Shown here: in pieces, positions 1 to 10,220 of the stretch | Position numbering within the stretch: the stretch's first letter is position 1 | Layout: the number at the start of each line of letters is the position of its first letter | Assembly: GCA_040767965.1 (NCBI GenBank) | Contig: JAXGNR010000006.1 | Location: forward strand, 32,001 to 96,000 | Direction of reading: 5' to 3' | DNA: 64,000 bases | Origin: Atribacterota bacterium | Lineage (GTDB): Bacteria; Atribacterota; Phoenicimicrobiia; Phoenicimicrobiales; Stramentimicrobiaceae | The notes under the pieces: model-generated | What the model saw: only the letters and a program-made list of their open reading frames with translations | What the model was told of the DNA's origin: nothing | The model's database searches: none | Position numbers and translations under genes: made by a program

Positions 1-595
1 TACATAGAATATAAGATCCTATTATCACAGTTAAAATGGCATCAATGTAATATATTTTATAAAAATAGATTAAAATACCAGCAATTACAATTGTTAATGA
101 ACTCAGGGTATCACTTAATAAATGTAAGTAAGCTGACCGAATATTTAAACTGTGCTGTGACTCAGGATGGAGGAGAAAAACACAAATCAAATCAGCAATC
201 AACCCAAAAAAACCAACTCCGATCATTAAAGAAATGCTAATCTGCTGTGGATTCATTAAACGGAAATAAGACTCCCTGAAAAGAAAAAAAGCTATCACTA
301 TAATGACAGAAGAATTAAATAAAGCAGCCAGTATCTCGGCTCTCTTATAGCCAAATGTCATTTTTAAATCAGGAGAACGCATACCAATTTTTCGTGCCAG
401 ATAACTGATAAAAATAGCCATCCCATCACTAAAATTATGAAAAGCATCCGCGATTAAAGATAGACTACCGGCTAATATCCCTCCGATTATTTCCACTATA
501 CAGATTAAAAAATTTAGAATAATGGCAAAAAATATTCTTCTATTATTAGAGTTATGCTGATGAATGTGATTATGCATTTCTTTTTCCTCAAGCAT
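1..595 (-). CDS. Cation diffusion facilitator (CzcD/ZitB-like) transporter, runs off the window edge
   Basis: Not in the ORF track. Manual translation from ATG 595: MLEEKEMHNHIHQHNSNNRRIFFAIILN...SLSLIADAFHNFSD...MTFGYKRAEILAALFN, which are CDF TM2/TM3 signatures plus a His-rich N-terminus. Confidence 0.9.
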   Translation of the reverse strand, partial: MLEEKEMHNHIHQHNSNNRRIFFAIILNFLICIVEIIGGILAGSLSLIADAFHNFSDGMAIFISYLARKIGMRSPDLKMTFGYKRAEILAALFNSSVIIVIAFFLFRESYFRLMNPQQISISLMIGVGFFGLIADLICVFLLHPESQHSLNIRSAYLHLLSDTLSSLTIVIAGILIYFYKIYYIDAILTVIIGSYILC

Positions 596-666
596 TTTAG
601 AAATTATTTAGCCGATAGCGCTTTCTTTATTTTTGTTCCAGTTAAAACCTTCTTAAATTATAATAA

Positions 667-1644
667 TTACTTTTTATTTATTTTTTCTTCACTGCGATCT
701 GTTGCAACTGGCGGACTCACAGATAATGAAGATATTTCTTCATACATCGTAGGGTTCATTTCTACTTCCAAAGAAGCGAGCACCTGTTCTAACTGATCAA
801 GATTTCTGGCTCCAATAATTGGAGCAGTAATTACAGGATTATACATTACCCATGCTACTGCCAGAGCAGCAGGATTAATATTTTTTTGCTCAGCATAATC
901 TGCAAAATTCTCAGCAACTTTGTAATAGACAGAATCAGCATAACGATTAGCATACATTTTGTTTTCATTAATTCTGCCTTTGGCAGCTTCTTTCTCCTTA
1001 TATTTTCCTGTTAACATGCCTGCACCTAAGGGGCTGTAACTAATAACCCCGATATTTTCTTCTTTAGCTAAAGGCAATATCTCAACCTCTACTTGTCTTT
1101 TTATAAGACTATACATAGGTTGAATGCACTCAAAGCGAGCAAGTCCTTTCCTTTCAGAAATTCCCAATGCTTTTGCAATTTGCCAGGCAGACCAGTTGCT
1201 GACACCTAAATAAAGTATTTTGCCCTGTCTTTGTAAATCATCCAGGACAGATAAGGTTTCTTCAATAGCTGTATCTGGATCATAGATATGTAAAAAATAC
1301 AAATCAATATGATCAGTATTCAGTCTTTTTAAACTTTTTTCAATGGATTGTCTAATATGATATCTGGAAAGTCCTTTATCATTGATATTTTCACTCATCG
1401 GGCTTCCTGCTTTAGAAGTTAGCACAATTTCATCCCTGCAATTTGCGATGCACTTTCCCAATATTGTTTCTGATAAACCAAAGCTATACAAATCAGCTGT
1501 ATCAAAAAAATTTATACCAGCTTCACGACACCTGTTAAACATTTTAATTGATGTTTCTTCATCTGCTTCTTTTCCAAAAGTCATTGTTCCGAAACAAAGC
1601 TTAGAAACTTTCAATCCGGTTTTACCTAATATTCTATAATCCAT
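667..1644 (-). CDS. Aldo/keto reductase
   Basis: LGKTGLKVSKLCFGTM, FFDTADLY, IDLYFLH, LGVSN and YSPLGAG motifs; GGAGG SD. Confidence 0.93.
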   Translation of the reverse strand: MDYRILGKTGLKVSKLCFGTMTFGKEADEETSIKMFNRCREAGINFFDTADLYSFGLSETILGKCIANCRDEIVLTSKAGSPMSENINDKGLSRYHIRQSIEKSLKRLNTDHIDLYFLHIYDPDTAIEETLSVLDDLQRQGKILYLGVSNWSAWQIAKALGISERKGLARFECIQPMYSLIKRQVEVEILPLAKEENIGVISYSPLGAGMLTGKYKEKEAAKGRINENKMYANRYADSVYYKVAENFADYAEQKNINPAALAVAWVMYNPVITAPIIGARNLDQLEQVLASLEVEMNPTMYEEISSLSVSPPVATDRSEEKINKK

Positions 1645-1722
1645 TTTCTAAATACCTCCTGAATGATATTAATTGTTTACGAATATAAGCAATACAATAA
1701 GTATTTTTATATATAATCTATA

Positions 1723-2008
1723 GGTAATCCTATACTTAAGTTGCACTTAGAATCTTAAAAAACTGTTGATAAATAAGTATATTCAAAGGATAAAAATAGC
1801 TGCTTATTGCAGCATATATTTTAGTAAACACTTAAGAAATATTTTTCTGTTTCTATTTAATGTAAACAATAACACGATGAACCTAAAAAGCTTATTAAAT
1901 AAGACATATTGTCTTTTTAGAATTAAATTTAAATGTTTTAAAGATTGCTAAATTAATAAATTTATATTTCAAAGATCAAATTTAGTGCAACTATGGTTAT
2001 GCATTACC
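1723..2008 (+). mobile_element. Degenerate IS1-family remnant / MITE-like element (286 bp)
   Basis: Imperfect terminal inverted repeats GGTAATCCTATACTTAAGTTGCACTTA and (reverse complement) GGTAATGCATAACCATAGTTGCACTAA. Flanks TAATCTATA/TAATCTAAT resemble a 9-bp target duplication. Internal LKSLLNKTYCLF resembles the InsB C-terminus. Confidence 0.6.
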
Positions 2009-2123
2009 TAATCTAATTATTATAATAGCAGGAAATTATCATTTTTTGTCTTTAGATTTTATAAAAATATTTTTCATAAAATAAATTTCTCTCTTAGTGT
2101 AGAAACTTTTTCTGATAAAAATT

Positions 2124-2613
2124 TTACCTCAACATAACATCCAGTATAGCCTGATCTGTAACAACCATTCCGGGATCACAGATATCACCTAAATTGTTAA
2201 ATAATTGTTTAAAATCAGGGCTGACTATTCCATCATTTTTATTAATAATTGCACCATGATAAGATAACAGCGCACTTTGTACTGCCCACCCGGCTGACAT
2301 GGCTAGCTTATAGGAACATCCCTCTTTGGCCCCATCGCAAATAATCCCTGAAACTGAACCAACCATATTGTAAAGAGAACCTAATATTTTATCTATTTTT
2401 CCACCTAAGAGATATACTACTCCTGCGCTTGCTCCGGTTCCTGCTGCTACCCCGCAACCACACATAGCAGATAGAGGTTTAGTATAGGATTTTATAAAAA
2501 ATGTAATAAGATTAGTTAATGCTAATGCTCTTAATAATTTTTCTAAAGAAATATGTTGCAGGCGATATCCCCTCTTTTAAAAGAGCAAGTAATATTTCTT
2601 CATTTTTTATCAT
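2124..2613 (-). pseudogene. YhaM/CyuA-like L-cysteine desulfidase (serine dehydratase alpha-like) with a large internal deletion
   Basis: SD plus ATG 2613 gives MIKNEEILLALLKEGISPAT, joined out of frame at ~2553 to ISLEKLLRALALTNL...LSAMCGCG...IICDGAKEGC (family C-terminus). Confidence 0.8.
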
Positions 2614-2875
2614 TACAAATCTCCTGTTAAGTTTTGTTTATGAGAAAAAATCTCTCTTGTCTTTATTGAATATAAATTATTATACATCTATAAAAATGTA
2701 GATAACAACTTCTAAAAAAATTTCTTTAAGGGCAAATTATTAAATTTATTTTGTGGAAATATTTCCTGAAGTAACAATAAATTTGGAATTCCTTCATAAA
2801 TTAGATAAAAATGCTTGCAAATATTTTTTTTCCTAGTATTCTATTGAAGTATATGCATAAAACAAGGAAAAAATA

Positions 2876-4066
2876 ATGTTTCGACGAAAAAAAGATTTTC
2901 AACTAAAAATGATTTTACTAGGGCATTCCTATAATGATATTTACCTTTTTATAATTCCATTACTGCTTCCTTTTTTTCGTATGGAATTTTCTTTCAGCTA
3001 TTTTCAATCAGGGATTATCATGGCTATCCATGTTGCTCTTCGTTCAATTTTCTCTCTTATCTTTGGGTTTATAGGAGATAAATACAATCACAAAAGTATT
3101 TTTATTGCTACAGGGTTTGTGGTATCTTCAATTCTTTTAGGGGTGATTGTCTTAATAAACAGATTTTCATTGATAATAACTATCCTTTTGCTTATGGCAA
3201 TTAGTGTTTCCACTTTTCATCCTTTAGCAACGGCTATATTGGGAGAAAAAACAAAACCCGGAAAACAGGGCAGGAATTTTAGCTTGTTTAATGCGGCAGG
3301 AACTTTCGGTCTGGTAATAATGAGCTTATTATTTGGCTGGCTTGTCCAATTCTGGGGATGGAAAATCGCCTGTTTGATTATCTCGATACCGGGCTTTTTA
3401 CTGTCCTGGTTTTATTTTAAAGTAAAAAAAGAACCTGGAAAAAAAATTATTGCAGCAGAAAAAACTGATTTCACCAACAAAATCATGTATGCAAATTATT
3501 TTATAAGTCATGGCTTATGCAGTTTAGGTACCTGGGCTATATTATCTTTTCTTCCTATTTATGCAACAGAATATATAGGTATTAACCCTAATATATCAGC
3601 CTGGTTTTTAACTTTGTTTTGCCTGTTTGAACTTTCAGGAAGCTTGTTAATGAGCAAGATACTTGACAGAAATCAGCCTTTAAAATTTATTATATTTGCT
3701 ACAATTACAATTTCTTTCTTACTGCTTGCGCTCACCTGGGTAACTGTACCGGTAATTTTAATTTTAATTGTTGCTGGCTTGGGTTTAATGCAATCTTTTT
3801 ATTATCCATCACAACACACCTGGATAACCATGGCTACTCCCAACCATATTCACGGAAAAGTTTTTGGTTTCATATTTTTTGTGGAAGGCTTGTCAGCTAC
3901 CATTGCACCTTTTCTATATGGATTAATAGCAGACAATTTTGGTATTGTCTTTGCTTACCGAATGGCTGCTGTACCTTTTTTTGCAGGTTTCCTGCTCTAT
4001 TTATATTTACACACTTCTACAGAGAATGCCCAATCAACAAAAGTCAATACTGTACCAATCCAATAA
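2876..4066 (+). CDS. MFS transporter (Fsr-like)
   Basis: About 12 hydrophobic segments; GHSYND, FGFIGDKY, FHP and GLIADNFG motifs. Confidence 0.9.
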   Translation: MFRRKKDFQLKMILLGHSYNDIYLFIIPLLLPFFRMEFSFSYFQSGIIMAIHVALRSIFSLIFGFIGDKYNHKSIFIATGFVVSSILLGVIVLINRFSLIITILLLMAISVSTFHPLATAILGEKTKPGKQGRNFSLFNAAGTFGLVIMSLLFGWLVQFWGWKIACLIISIPGFLLSWFYFKVKKEPGKKIIAAEKTDFTNKIMYANYFISHGLCSLGTWAILSFLPIYATEYIGINPNISAWFLTLFCLFELSGSLLMSKILDRNQPLKFIIFATITISFLLLALTWVTVPVILILIVAGLGLMQSFYYPSQHTWITMATPNHIHGKVFGFIFFVEGLSATIAPFLYGLIADNFGIVFAYRMAAVPFFAGFLLYLYLHTSTENAQSTKVNTVPIQ

Positions 4067-4217
4067 TTTTTTATTTCCTTATCCTCTATCCTCTGCTAAA
4101 TAAATTATGTTTACTTGAAAAAGTATTGATACTTTTAATTGGAATTAATTTTTACCACTTCTTGGCATAAATATGACATTTTGCTATACTTTAATAAAAA
4201 GAAAAGGAGTATTTTTT

Positions 4218-4541
4218 ATGATAAATGTATTAAAAGATATACCTTATAAAGACGAAGGCATGGGGAATAGAAAAGTAACTGATGAAAAATACGTACAAAT
4301 TATGCAAATTGCTTTAAAGCCAAATCAGAATGTGCCTCAACATAAAGCAAACTCCAATGTTAATTTGCTTGTTTTAAAAGGAATTATTTCAATAAACCTT
4401 GATGGAATAGATCATCATATTGAAAAAGGAGATTTACTTCCTGTAAAATTTCAGACAACTATGAATATAAAGAATACCGGACAGGAAGACGCCACTTTTC
4501 TGGTAATAAAAACTCCCAATCCATCTGAAATGATTAAATAA
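4218..4541 (+). CDS. Cupin domain protein
   Basis: AAGGAG SD before ATG 4218; LKPNQNVPQH...VLKG...KGD cupin pattern. Confidence 0.8.
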   Translation: MINVLKDIPYKDEGMGNRKVTDEKYVQIMQIALKPNQNVPQHKANSNVNLLVLKGIISINLDGIDHHIEKGDLLPVKFQTTMNIKNTGQEDATFLVIKTPNPSEMIK

Positions 4542-4596
4542 TCTCTGATTAATTAAAAATTTATGGTAATTCTATCCAACAATGGAGGATTTTAAT

Positions 4597-5712
4597 TTGA
4601 AAATAACTGATATTAAAATGCATATCCTTTCTGTTCCCTTAACAAAGCCCCAAAACCTTTCATTTGCAAAAATGCAATCTCGCAATACTCTTATAATCGA
4701 AGTAATAACCAATAAAAATATAATCGGGATAGGAGAATCCTGGATTAATTTTCCACCATGGGGAGGAGTTGAAAGAAAAGCAACTTTGGAGCAGGGCTTA
4801 TTTCCTCTACTTATCGGGGAAAATCCTTTAGAGATCAATCATATTCACCAAAACTTATTGAACAAACTAACAGGAGTAGGCAGACAATGGGGAGCATTGG
4901 GAATAATATACCAGGCAATAAGTGCAATTGATATTGCTCTTTGGGATATTTTGGGAAAAGAAACAAACTCTCCTATCTATAAAATTCTTGGAGGTGGCTC
5001 TGCCAAACCTGTGCCCATTTATGCAAGTGGAATTGAAACTTCAATGGGAGAAGAGATAATTTTAAAATGGCTAAAAAGAGGAGTGAAAGCCTTTAAGGTA
5101 AAAGTAGGAATAAAAAGCGCAAAAGAAGAAATTCATTATTTACAAAAAATAAGAGAAATAATTCCAAATGATTCAAAGTTAATGATTGATGCTAATCAAG
5201 GCTGGGATTTTAAAAAAGCATTGGATTTTCTAAAAAAAGCCAAAGATCTTAATCTTTTTTGGGTAGAAGAACCCCTTCCATGTCATGAATATAATGAAAT
5301 GCATTTAATCCAGAAAAAAACCGGTATTCCTGTTGCAGCTGGTGAAAACCTTTATGGGCATAAGGAATTCAGAGAGCTATTAGAAAAAGACGCGGCAACT
5401 GTTATCCAGCCCGATCTGACTAAGGCGGGTGGAATAACTTCCGCTAAAGAAATTATTACTCTGGCTCGTGCCTGGAATAAAAGTTTTGCTCCACATGTCT
5501 ATGGATCGGCAATAGGTTTGACTGCTGCACTTCACCTTACAAGTGCAATTCCTGGAGGGATAATATTAGAAGTAGACAGCACGGAAAATCCATTACAAAA
5601 AGATCTCCTTGAAGAAACCTTTGAAATAAAAGATGGCTGTATTATTCCTTCTGTAAATGCTGGTTTAGGAATTAATCTTAATTATGATTTTATTGAAAAA
5701 TATTCTGTTTAA
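4597..5712 (+). CDS. Mandelate racemase/muconate lactonizing (enolase superfamily) enzyme
   Basis: KxK (FKVKVG); metal ligands IDAN, VEEP, AGEN; QPD/APH dyad. Start reassigned to TTG after GGAGG. Confidence 0.92.
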   Translation: MKITDIKMHILSVPLTKPQNLSFAKMQSRNTLIIEVITNKNIIGIGESWINFPPWGGVERKATLEQGLFPLLIGENPLEINHIHQNLLNKLTGVGRQWGALGIIYQAISAIDIALWDILGKETNSPIYKILGGGSAKPVPIYASGIETSMGEEIILKWLKRGVKAFKVKVGIKSAKEEIHYLQKIREIIPNDSKLMIDANQGWDFKKALDFLKKAKDLNLFWVEEPLPCHEYNEMHLIQKKTGIPVAAGENLYGHKEFRELLEKDAATVIQPDLTKAGGITSAKEIITLARAWNKSFAPHVYGSAIGLTAALHLTSAIPGGIILEVDSTENPLQKDLLEETFEIKDGCIIPSVNAGLGINLNYDFIEKYSV

Positions 5713-5762
5713 ATTAGTTGATATTTGATAAATCTGAAAAGAATTGAACAATTTTGATATAA

Positions 5763-5792
5763 AAGGCTCACCCATATTAAAAGGTGAGCCTT
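5763..5792. terminator. Hairpin between convergent genes
   Basis: AAGGCTCACC-N10-GGTGAGCCTT. Confidence 0.7.
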
Positions 5793-5927
5793 AAAAAGAG
5801 ATTTTAGTATATTATTTTTGTATGGGGTTGCCTGTTAACTCTTATTTTAACATATCAGAACAAAAAAACAATTGGAATTTTATTGAGAAACATTTTGCCT
5901 TAAAGGCAAACACTTTTCCAAACCTGA

Positions 5928-6602
5928 TTATACGTAATCATCTGAAGAAAAATTCAAAATGGCTATGGCCCGGCAAGGGGAACCATCTCTTCCTTGTAAC
6001 TTTAATGGTAAGGCGCTAACCCAGAAATCTTCTTTTTCGGGGAGAAGATGTAAGTTTTTTAAATTTTCCACGATAGGTATTCCTGCCCCCAATAATTGTT
6101 GATGCCTGGGATTACTTTTATCCTTATAAAGATCAACAGCAGTGGCATCAGTCATAAAAGATTTGACATTTTTACTAATCAACCAATCCACAAGCTCTTT
6201 AGAAGGGCTGGGGAATATTTCATTATACTGTTTGGTCTCTGCATATTTCCAGATACCGGTTTCCATTATAAAAATATGGTTTTCTTTCATTTCAAACCCA
6301 GAAGAAATTACCTCTTCTAAAGTGATTTCCTGACCATATAGTTTTTTGTTATATCTAAAGATGCAAGTCTTCCCAAATAATCTATTTAAAGAAACTTCAT
6401 CAATACATTGAACATCATCCAAAAAATGTTTTGGTGCATCAACATGAGTACCGGTATGTGTAAACATACTAAATTTAGTTGCATTTATACCTTCTGAATT
6501 AATTCTTTTTATCCATTGGAAGACAGGTCTTTCATTTCCTGGAAAAACCAGCATATCGCTTTTGAAAGTATAGCTTAAATCTATAATTTTTACTTTTTCC
6601 AT
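5928..6602 (-). CDS. Cyclase-family (kynurenine formamidase-like) metallohydrolase
   Basis: IIDLS, HTGTHVDAP, IVENL and DGSPCRAIA motifs. Confidence 0.92.
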   Translation of the reverse strand: MEKVKIIDLSYTFKSDMLVFPGNERPVFQWIKRINSEGINATKFSMFTHTGTHVDAPKHFLDDVQCIDEVSLNRLFGKTCIFRYNKKLYGQEITLEEVISSGFEMKENHIFIMETGIWKYAETKQYNEIFPSPSKELVDWLISKNVKSFMTDATAVDLYKDKSNPRHQQLLGAGIPIVENLKNLHLLPEKEDFWVSALPLKLQGRDGSPCRAIAILNFSSDDYV

Positions 6603-6654
6603 TTTATCCTCCTATTTTTCAACTATAAATAATATTGTCTTCTACTTAAAATTA

Positions 6655-7641
6655 TTATTCTATATAAAAATTCTTTTCAAATTCGTAATGAATTTGTTTG
6701 ATAGAAAAACCTGCAGACAATAATACCAAAAGTTTTATTCTGGCTTTTTGAGATGAGAGATCCTCTCCAAAGATAACACCTAATTTGCGCAGATGTGTTT
6801 CGCTTCCGATAAATCCATAGGTATTAGTCATAAATCTACCTATGGAAACCCTGGATGTAAGCACAACCGGTATTGAGGCTTCGATTGCCTCTTTTATGCC
6901 CGGGATCATATTTTCTGGTATATGCCCTGCCCCTAATCCCTGTAAAATAATACCATCTGCTCCTTCTTTAATGCTGTTTCGGAGCATACTTGAATCTGCC
7001 CCCAAATAACTTGGAATTATATCTACTTTGTTTCTTTTAAAATAATTAAAATTGTAATTATCATGAATTAAAGGAGTTCTGTGCCATAGGACATGGTTGT
7101 TGTCAACAGTACCAATTGGTCCATATTCTATACTTTTGAAAGTATCTACTCTTGTACGATGTATTTTAGTGGCCTCTCGAGCAGTTAAAATTTCTGAAGA
7201 AAATACAATTAAAACTCCCTTTTCTGATGCATAATCATCGGCTGCTGTCAGAACAGAATCTACAATATTCAGCTGAACATCAGAGCTTATAGCAGAAAGG
7301 TTTCTTTGAGCCCCTGTTAAAATTACTGGAATTTTTAATTTTACGGTTAAATCTAAAAAATAAGCAGTTTCTTCCAAAGTATCTGTACCATGGGTTATAA
7401 CTATACCAGCATAATCTGAATTACTCAGCTTAATTACTTGGTTCTTTAATTCAGTTAAATTTTCTAAAGTCATGTGTGCACTTGGAATATTTTTAAATTC
7501 AATACCTTCCAGAAGGATATCTTTTCTGAAAGAACTGATTAATCCAATTAAACCATCAGCTCCGACTGCTGGTACCGCAACTCCATTTTTATTTTGCATG
7601 GCAATGGTTCCGCCAGTTGAAAGCAAAGCAATCTTTTTCAA
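6655..7641 (-). CDS. L-asparaginase-family amidohydrolase
   Basis: STGGTIAM, HGTDTLEETA and TGAQR motifs. Likely TTG start after an AAGGGG SD. Confidence 0.92.
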   Translation of the reverse strand: MKKIALLSTGGTIAMQNKNGVAVPAVGADGLIGLISSFRKDILLEGIEFKNIPSAHMTLENLTELKNQVIKLSNSDYAGIVITHGTDTLEETAYFLDLTVKLKIPVILTGAQRNLSAISSDVQLNIVDSVLTAADDYASEKGVLIVFSSEILTAREATKIHRTRVDTFKSIEYGPIGTVDNNHVLWHRTPLIHDNYNFNYFKRNKVDIIPSYLGADSSMLRNSIKEGADGIILQGLGAGHIPENMIPGIKEAIEASIPVVLTSRVSIGRFMTNTYGFIGSETHLRKLGVIFGEDLSSQKARIKLLVLLSAGFSIKQIHYEFEKNFYIE

Positions 7642-7697
7642 TTTTATTCCCCTTTCCTGGGTATTCATGTTTTGTATTCGAACAATATTATTTAAAA

Positions 7698-8363
7698 CTA
7701 ATCCTCTAAAGCAATTACTCTCAATGGGAATGAATCCAGCCCTTTAACCGCTAATGGGAATGCATATATTTGAATACGATTTCCTGATATACTATCCATG
7801 TTGCACATGTTTTCTATTAATGGAATACTATTTATAAAAAGGGTATAATGATTAACATGCTCTTCGCTTGCCGGCAATTCAACTCCTGAAGTATCTACTC
7901 CCATTAATTTCATGCCTTTCTCTATTAACCATTCAATTGATTCTGTAGAAAAATATGGATTATTTTCATATTCCGGTTTTCCGTAATATTTTGAAAAACC
8001 TAGATTGCATAATACTATATCTCCCTGCTTAATATCCCCTGCTTCTTTTGCAGCTTTTTGGATACACTCTATTGTGATACTGCTTCTGGGCAACACTTCT
8101 TTGAGATTCAATATTACTGCTTCACCACATAGCCTATCAAGGGAAATCTGAGATACGTCCTTGCCATTTTTCAATAGATGAAAAGGTGCTTCGATATGTG
8201 TTCCTATATGATTAACCATAGAAATATTATGCATAATGTACCATTGATTTTCTAATCTTATTACATTTGGGTTTATTTCGTCTGCACCAACCATCTCTAT
8301 TTCAAACTTTCTTCCCGCACTGTTTGGAATAATAGTATGAGATAAATCTATTAATCTAGCCAT
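7698..8363 (-). CDS. Cyclase-family metallohydrolase (variant HIGTHIEAP)
   Basis: LIDLSH, HIGTHIEAP, MGVDT, LIENM and DSFPLRVIA motifs. Confidence 0.9.
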   Translation of the reverse strand: MARLIDLSHTIIPNSAGRKFEIEMVGADEINPNVIRLENQWYIMHNISMVNHIGTHIEAPFHLLKNGKDVSQISLDRLCGEAVILNLKEVLPRSSITIECIQKAAKEAGDIKQGDIVLCNLGFSKYYGKPEYENNPYFSTESIEWLIEKGMKLMGVDTSGVELPASEEHVNHYTLFINSIPLIENMCNMDSISGNRIQIYAFPLAVKGLDSFPLRVIALED

Positions 8364-8537
8364 TTTTATCCTCGCTTTTTATTCTTAATTATATTAAAAA
8401 TGCTATATAAAAACATATTCCATAAATATTCTAACATAAATCCATATAGAAAATGTACAGAAAAAATTATCCTAGACTACAGTCTATTTTAATGTTGGCA
8501 ATTAATTAATTTTTAATTCACAATCTGAAAATTTCTC

Positions 8538-8586
8538 TTGACAAATTAAAATAATATCAATAATATATCATATATAATACTATATG
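8538..8586 (+). promoter_or_regulatory. Sigma70-type promoter and putative PadR operator
   Basis: TTGACA-17-TAATAT (8538-8566), followed by palindrome CATATA-N6-TATATG (8569-8586). Confidence 0.55.
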
Positions 8587-8626
8587 TATATTGCATATAT
8601 ATTATTTACACATAAAGGGGTGTTAT

Positions 8627-9016
8627 ATGAAAAAAGAACAAGATCAGTTCTGCAAAGGGAAACCACATAATATGGAAAGGTTTATGGAAATATGCCTGCT
8701 ATTACTTTTATCTCAAGAAAATAGCCATGGTTATACTTTAGCAGAAAAATTAATCTACTTTGGATTTTCTAAAGAAGAGTTGAATCTTGGATCCTTATAT
8801 AGGACATTAAGAAAAATGGAGAAAAGTAATTATGTTGCTTCTAATTGGCAAAAGGGAGGCCCTGGACCAAAAAAAAGGGTATATCAGATTACAGAAACAG
8901 GGAAGGATATGCTGGATCAATGGATTCAAATTCTAAAAAACAGAAAAAAAAGAATTGAAAAGTTAATTAGCAGCTATGATTTATTAAAAAATAAATTTAC
9001 TGAAGAGGAAAAATAA
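8627..9016 (+). CDS. PadR-family transcriptional regulator
   Basis: SHGYTL, GSLYRTLRKME and GPKKRVYQITETG motifs. Confidence 0.92.
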   Translation: MKKEQDQFCKGKPHNMERFMEICLLLLLSQENSHGYTLAEKLIYFGFSKEELNLGSLYRTLRKMEKSNYVASNWQKGGPGPKKRVYQITETGKDMLDQWIQILKNRKKRIEKLISSYDLLKNKFTEEEK

Positions 9017-9018
9017 AA

Positions 9019-9651
9019 ATGAAAAAACTTTTTATAAATATATCAAGAATATTATTCTTGGGAATTTTTCTTTGGCTAATTTCTAAAGGAGCAATGATAT
9101 TGTGGTTAGGAATATTCGGAGTTACTGTAATTTTAGCACTAATATTAGGCAGAGTATTCTGTGGATGGATATGCCCCATGAATACTGTAATGATACCGGC
9201 AGAATGGCTTTCCAAAAAGCTTAATATACAAGCAGAAAACAGTCCCAGCTGGTTAAAATCTAAAGTAATTCCCTGGTTAATGTTATTTATAATGCTAGGC
9301 ACTATGATCTTCGCAAAAAGGTTTTTAGGTATCCAAATGCCAGTATTGCTATATTTAGTAATTCTGTCGTTTATTATTACTCTAAGATACAAGCCAGAAA
9401 TTTTTCACAATTACATCTGCCCTTTTGGTCTTTTGCAAAGTTTGACAGGAAGATTTGCTCTATTCACTGAACAGGTAAACCATGATAAATGTATCGGGTG
9501 TAAATTGTGTGAAACTGTTTGCCCTTCTGAAGCTGTTAAGGTTTCAAAAGATACAAAAAAGGCTGATATCAAACCTGTGTTATGCCACCAATGCTTTAAT
9601 TGTCAACTGGTATGTCCAAAAAATGCTATCAGTTATGGAAAAAAAATATGA
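9019..9651 (+). CDS. Membrane 4Fe-4S binding protein (NapH/MauN-like)
   Basis: GRVFCGWICP, YICPFG and two CxxCxxCxxxCP motifs. Confidence 0.9.
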   Translation: MKKLFINISRILFLGIFLWLISKGAMILWLGIFGVTVILALILGRVFCGWICPMNTVMIPAEWLSKKLNIQAENSPSWLKSKVIPWLMLFIMLGTMIFAKRFLGIQMPVLLYLVILSFIITLRYKPEIFHNYICPFGLLQSLTGRFALFTEQVNHDKCIGCKLCETVCPSEAVKVSKDTKKADIKPVLCHQCFNCQLVCPKNAISYGKKI

Positions 9652-9740
9652 GATAAAAACCCCTATAAATTTTTCAAAAATTACAAATAATCAATCGAGA
9701 TGTATTTAAATTAAAACTGAATAAAGAGGAGTGATTATAG

Positions 9741-10220
9741 ATGATTACTATTGTTGTAATATATAGTTTATTAATATTTTCTCTACTATTATCTTTCTGG
9801 AAAAACCGACAAAAAACTTTGAAATCTTTTTTAATTGCCGGAAGGGCTTTTCTCAAAACAGCACCCAGTTTGTTGACCATATTGGGAATTGTAGGTTTAA
9901 TTTTAGGAATTTTAACCCCGGAAACCATTTCTAAACTAATAGGTTCTGAGGCTGGATACTGGGCTACAGGTATAGCTGCAATATTAGGTGCCATTACCTT
10001 GATTCCTTCGCTGATTGCTTTTCCTTTAGCTGGATCTTTGTTGCGTTCAGGTGCAACAATCATGACTATATCAGCATTTATTACAACACTGGTCATGGTC
10101 GGCGTGGTAACCGCCCCTATGGAGATAAAATCTCTGGGGAAAAAATTTACCATTTTACGTAATAGTTTAAGCTTTGTTGGAGCTTTGATTATTGCTGCGA
10201 TAATGGGGGTAATTTTATAA
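9741..10220 (+). CDS. Half-size permease (DUF318/ArsP-related)
   Basis: Hydrophobic; AFPLAGSLL..GA and PMEIKSLG pattern. Confidence 0.75.
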   Translation: MITIVVIYSLLIFSLLLSFWKNRQKTLKSFLIAGRAFLKTAPSLLTILGIVGLILGILTPETISKLIGSEAGYWATGIAAILGAITLIPSLIAFPLAGSLLRSGATIMTISAFITTLVMVGVVTAPMEIKSLGKKFTILRNSLSFVGALIIAAIMGVIL

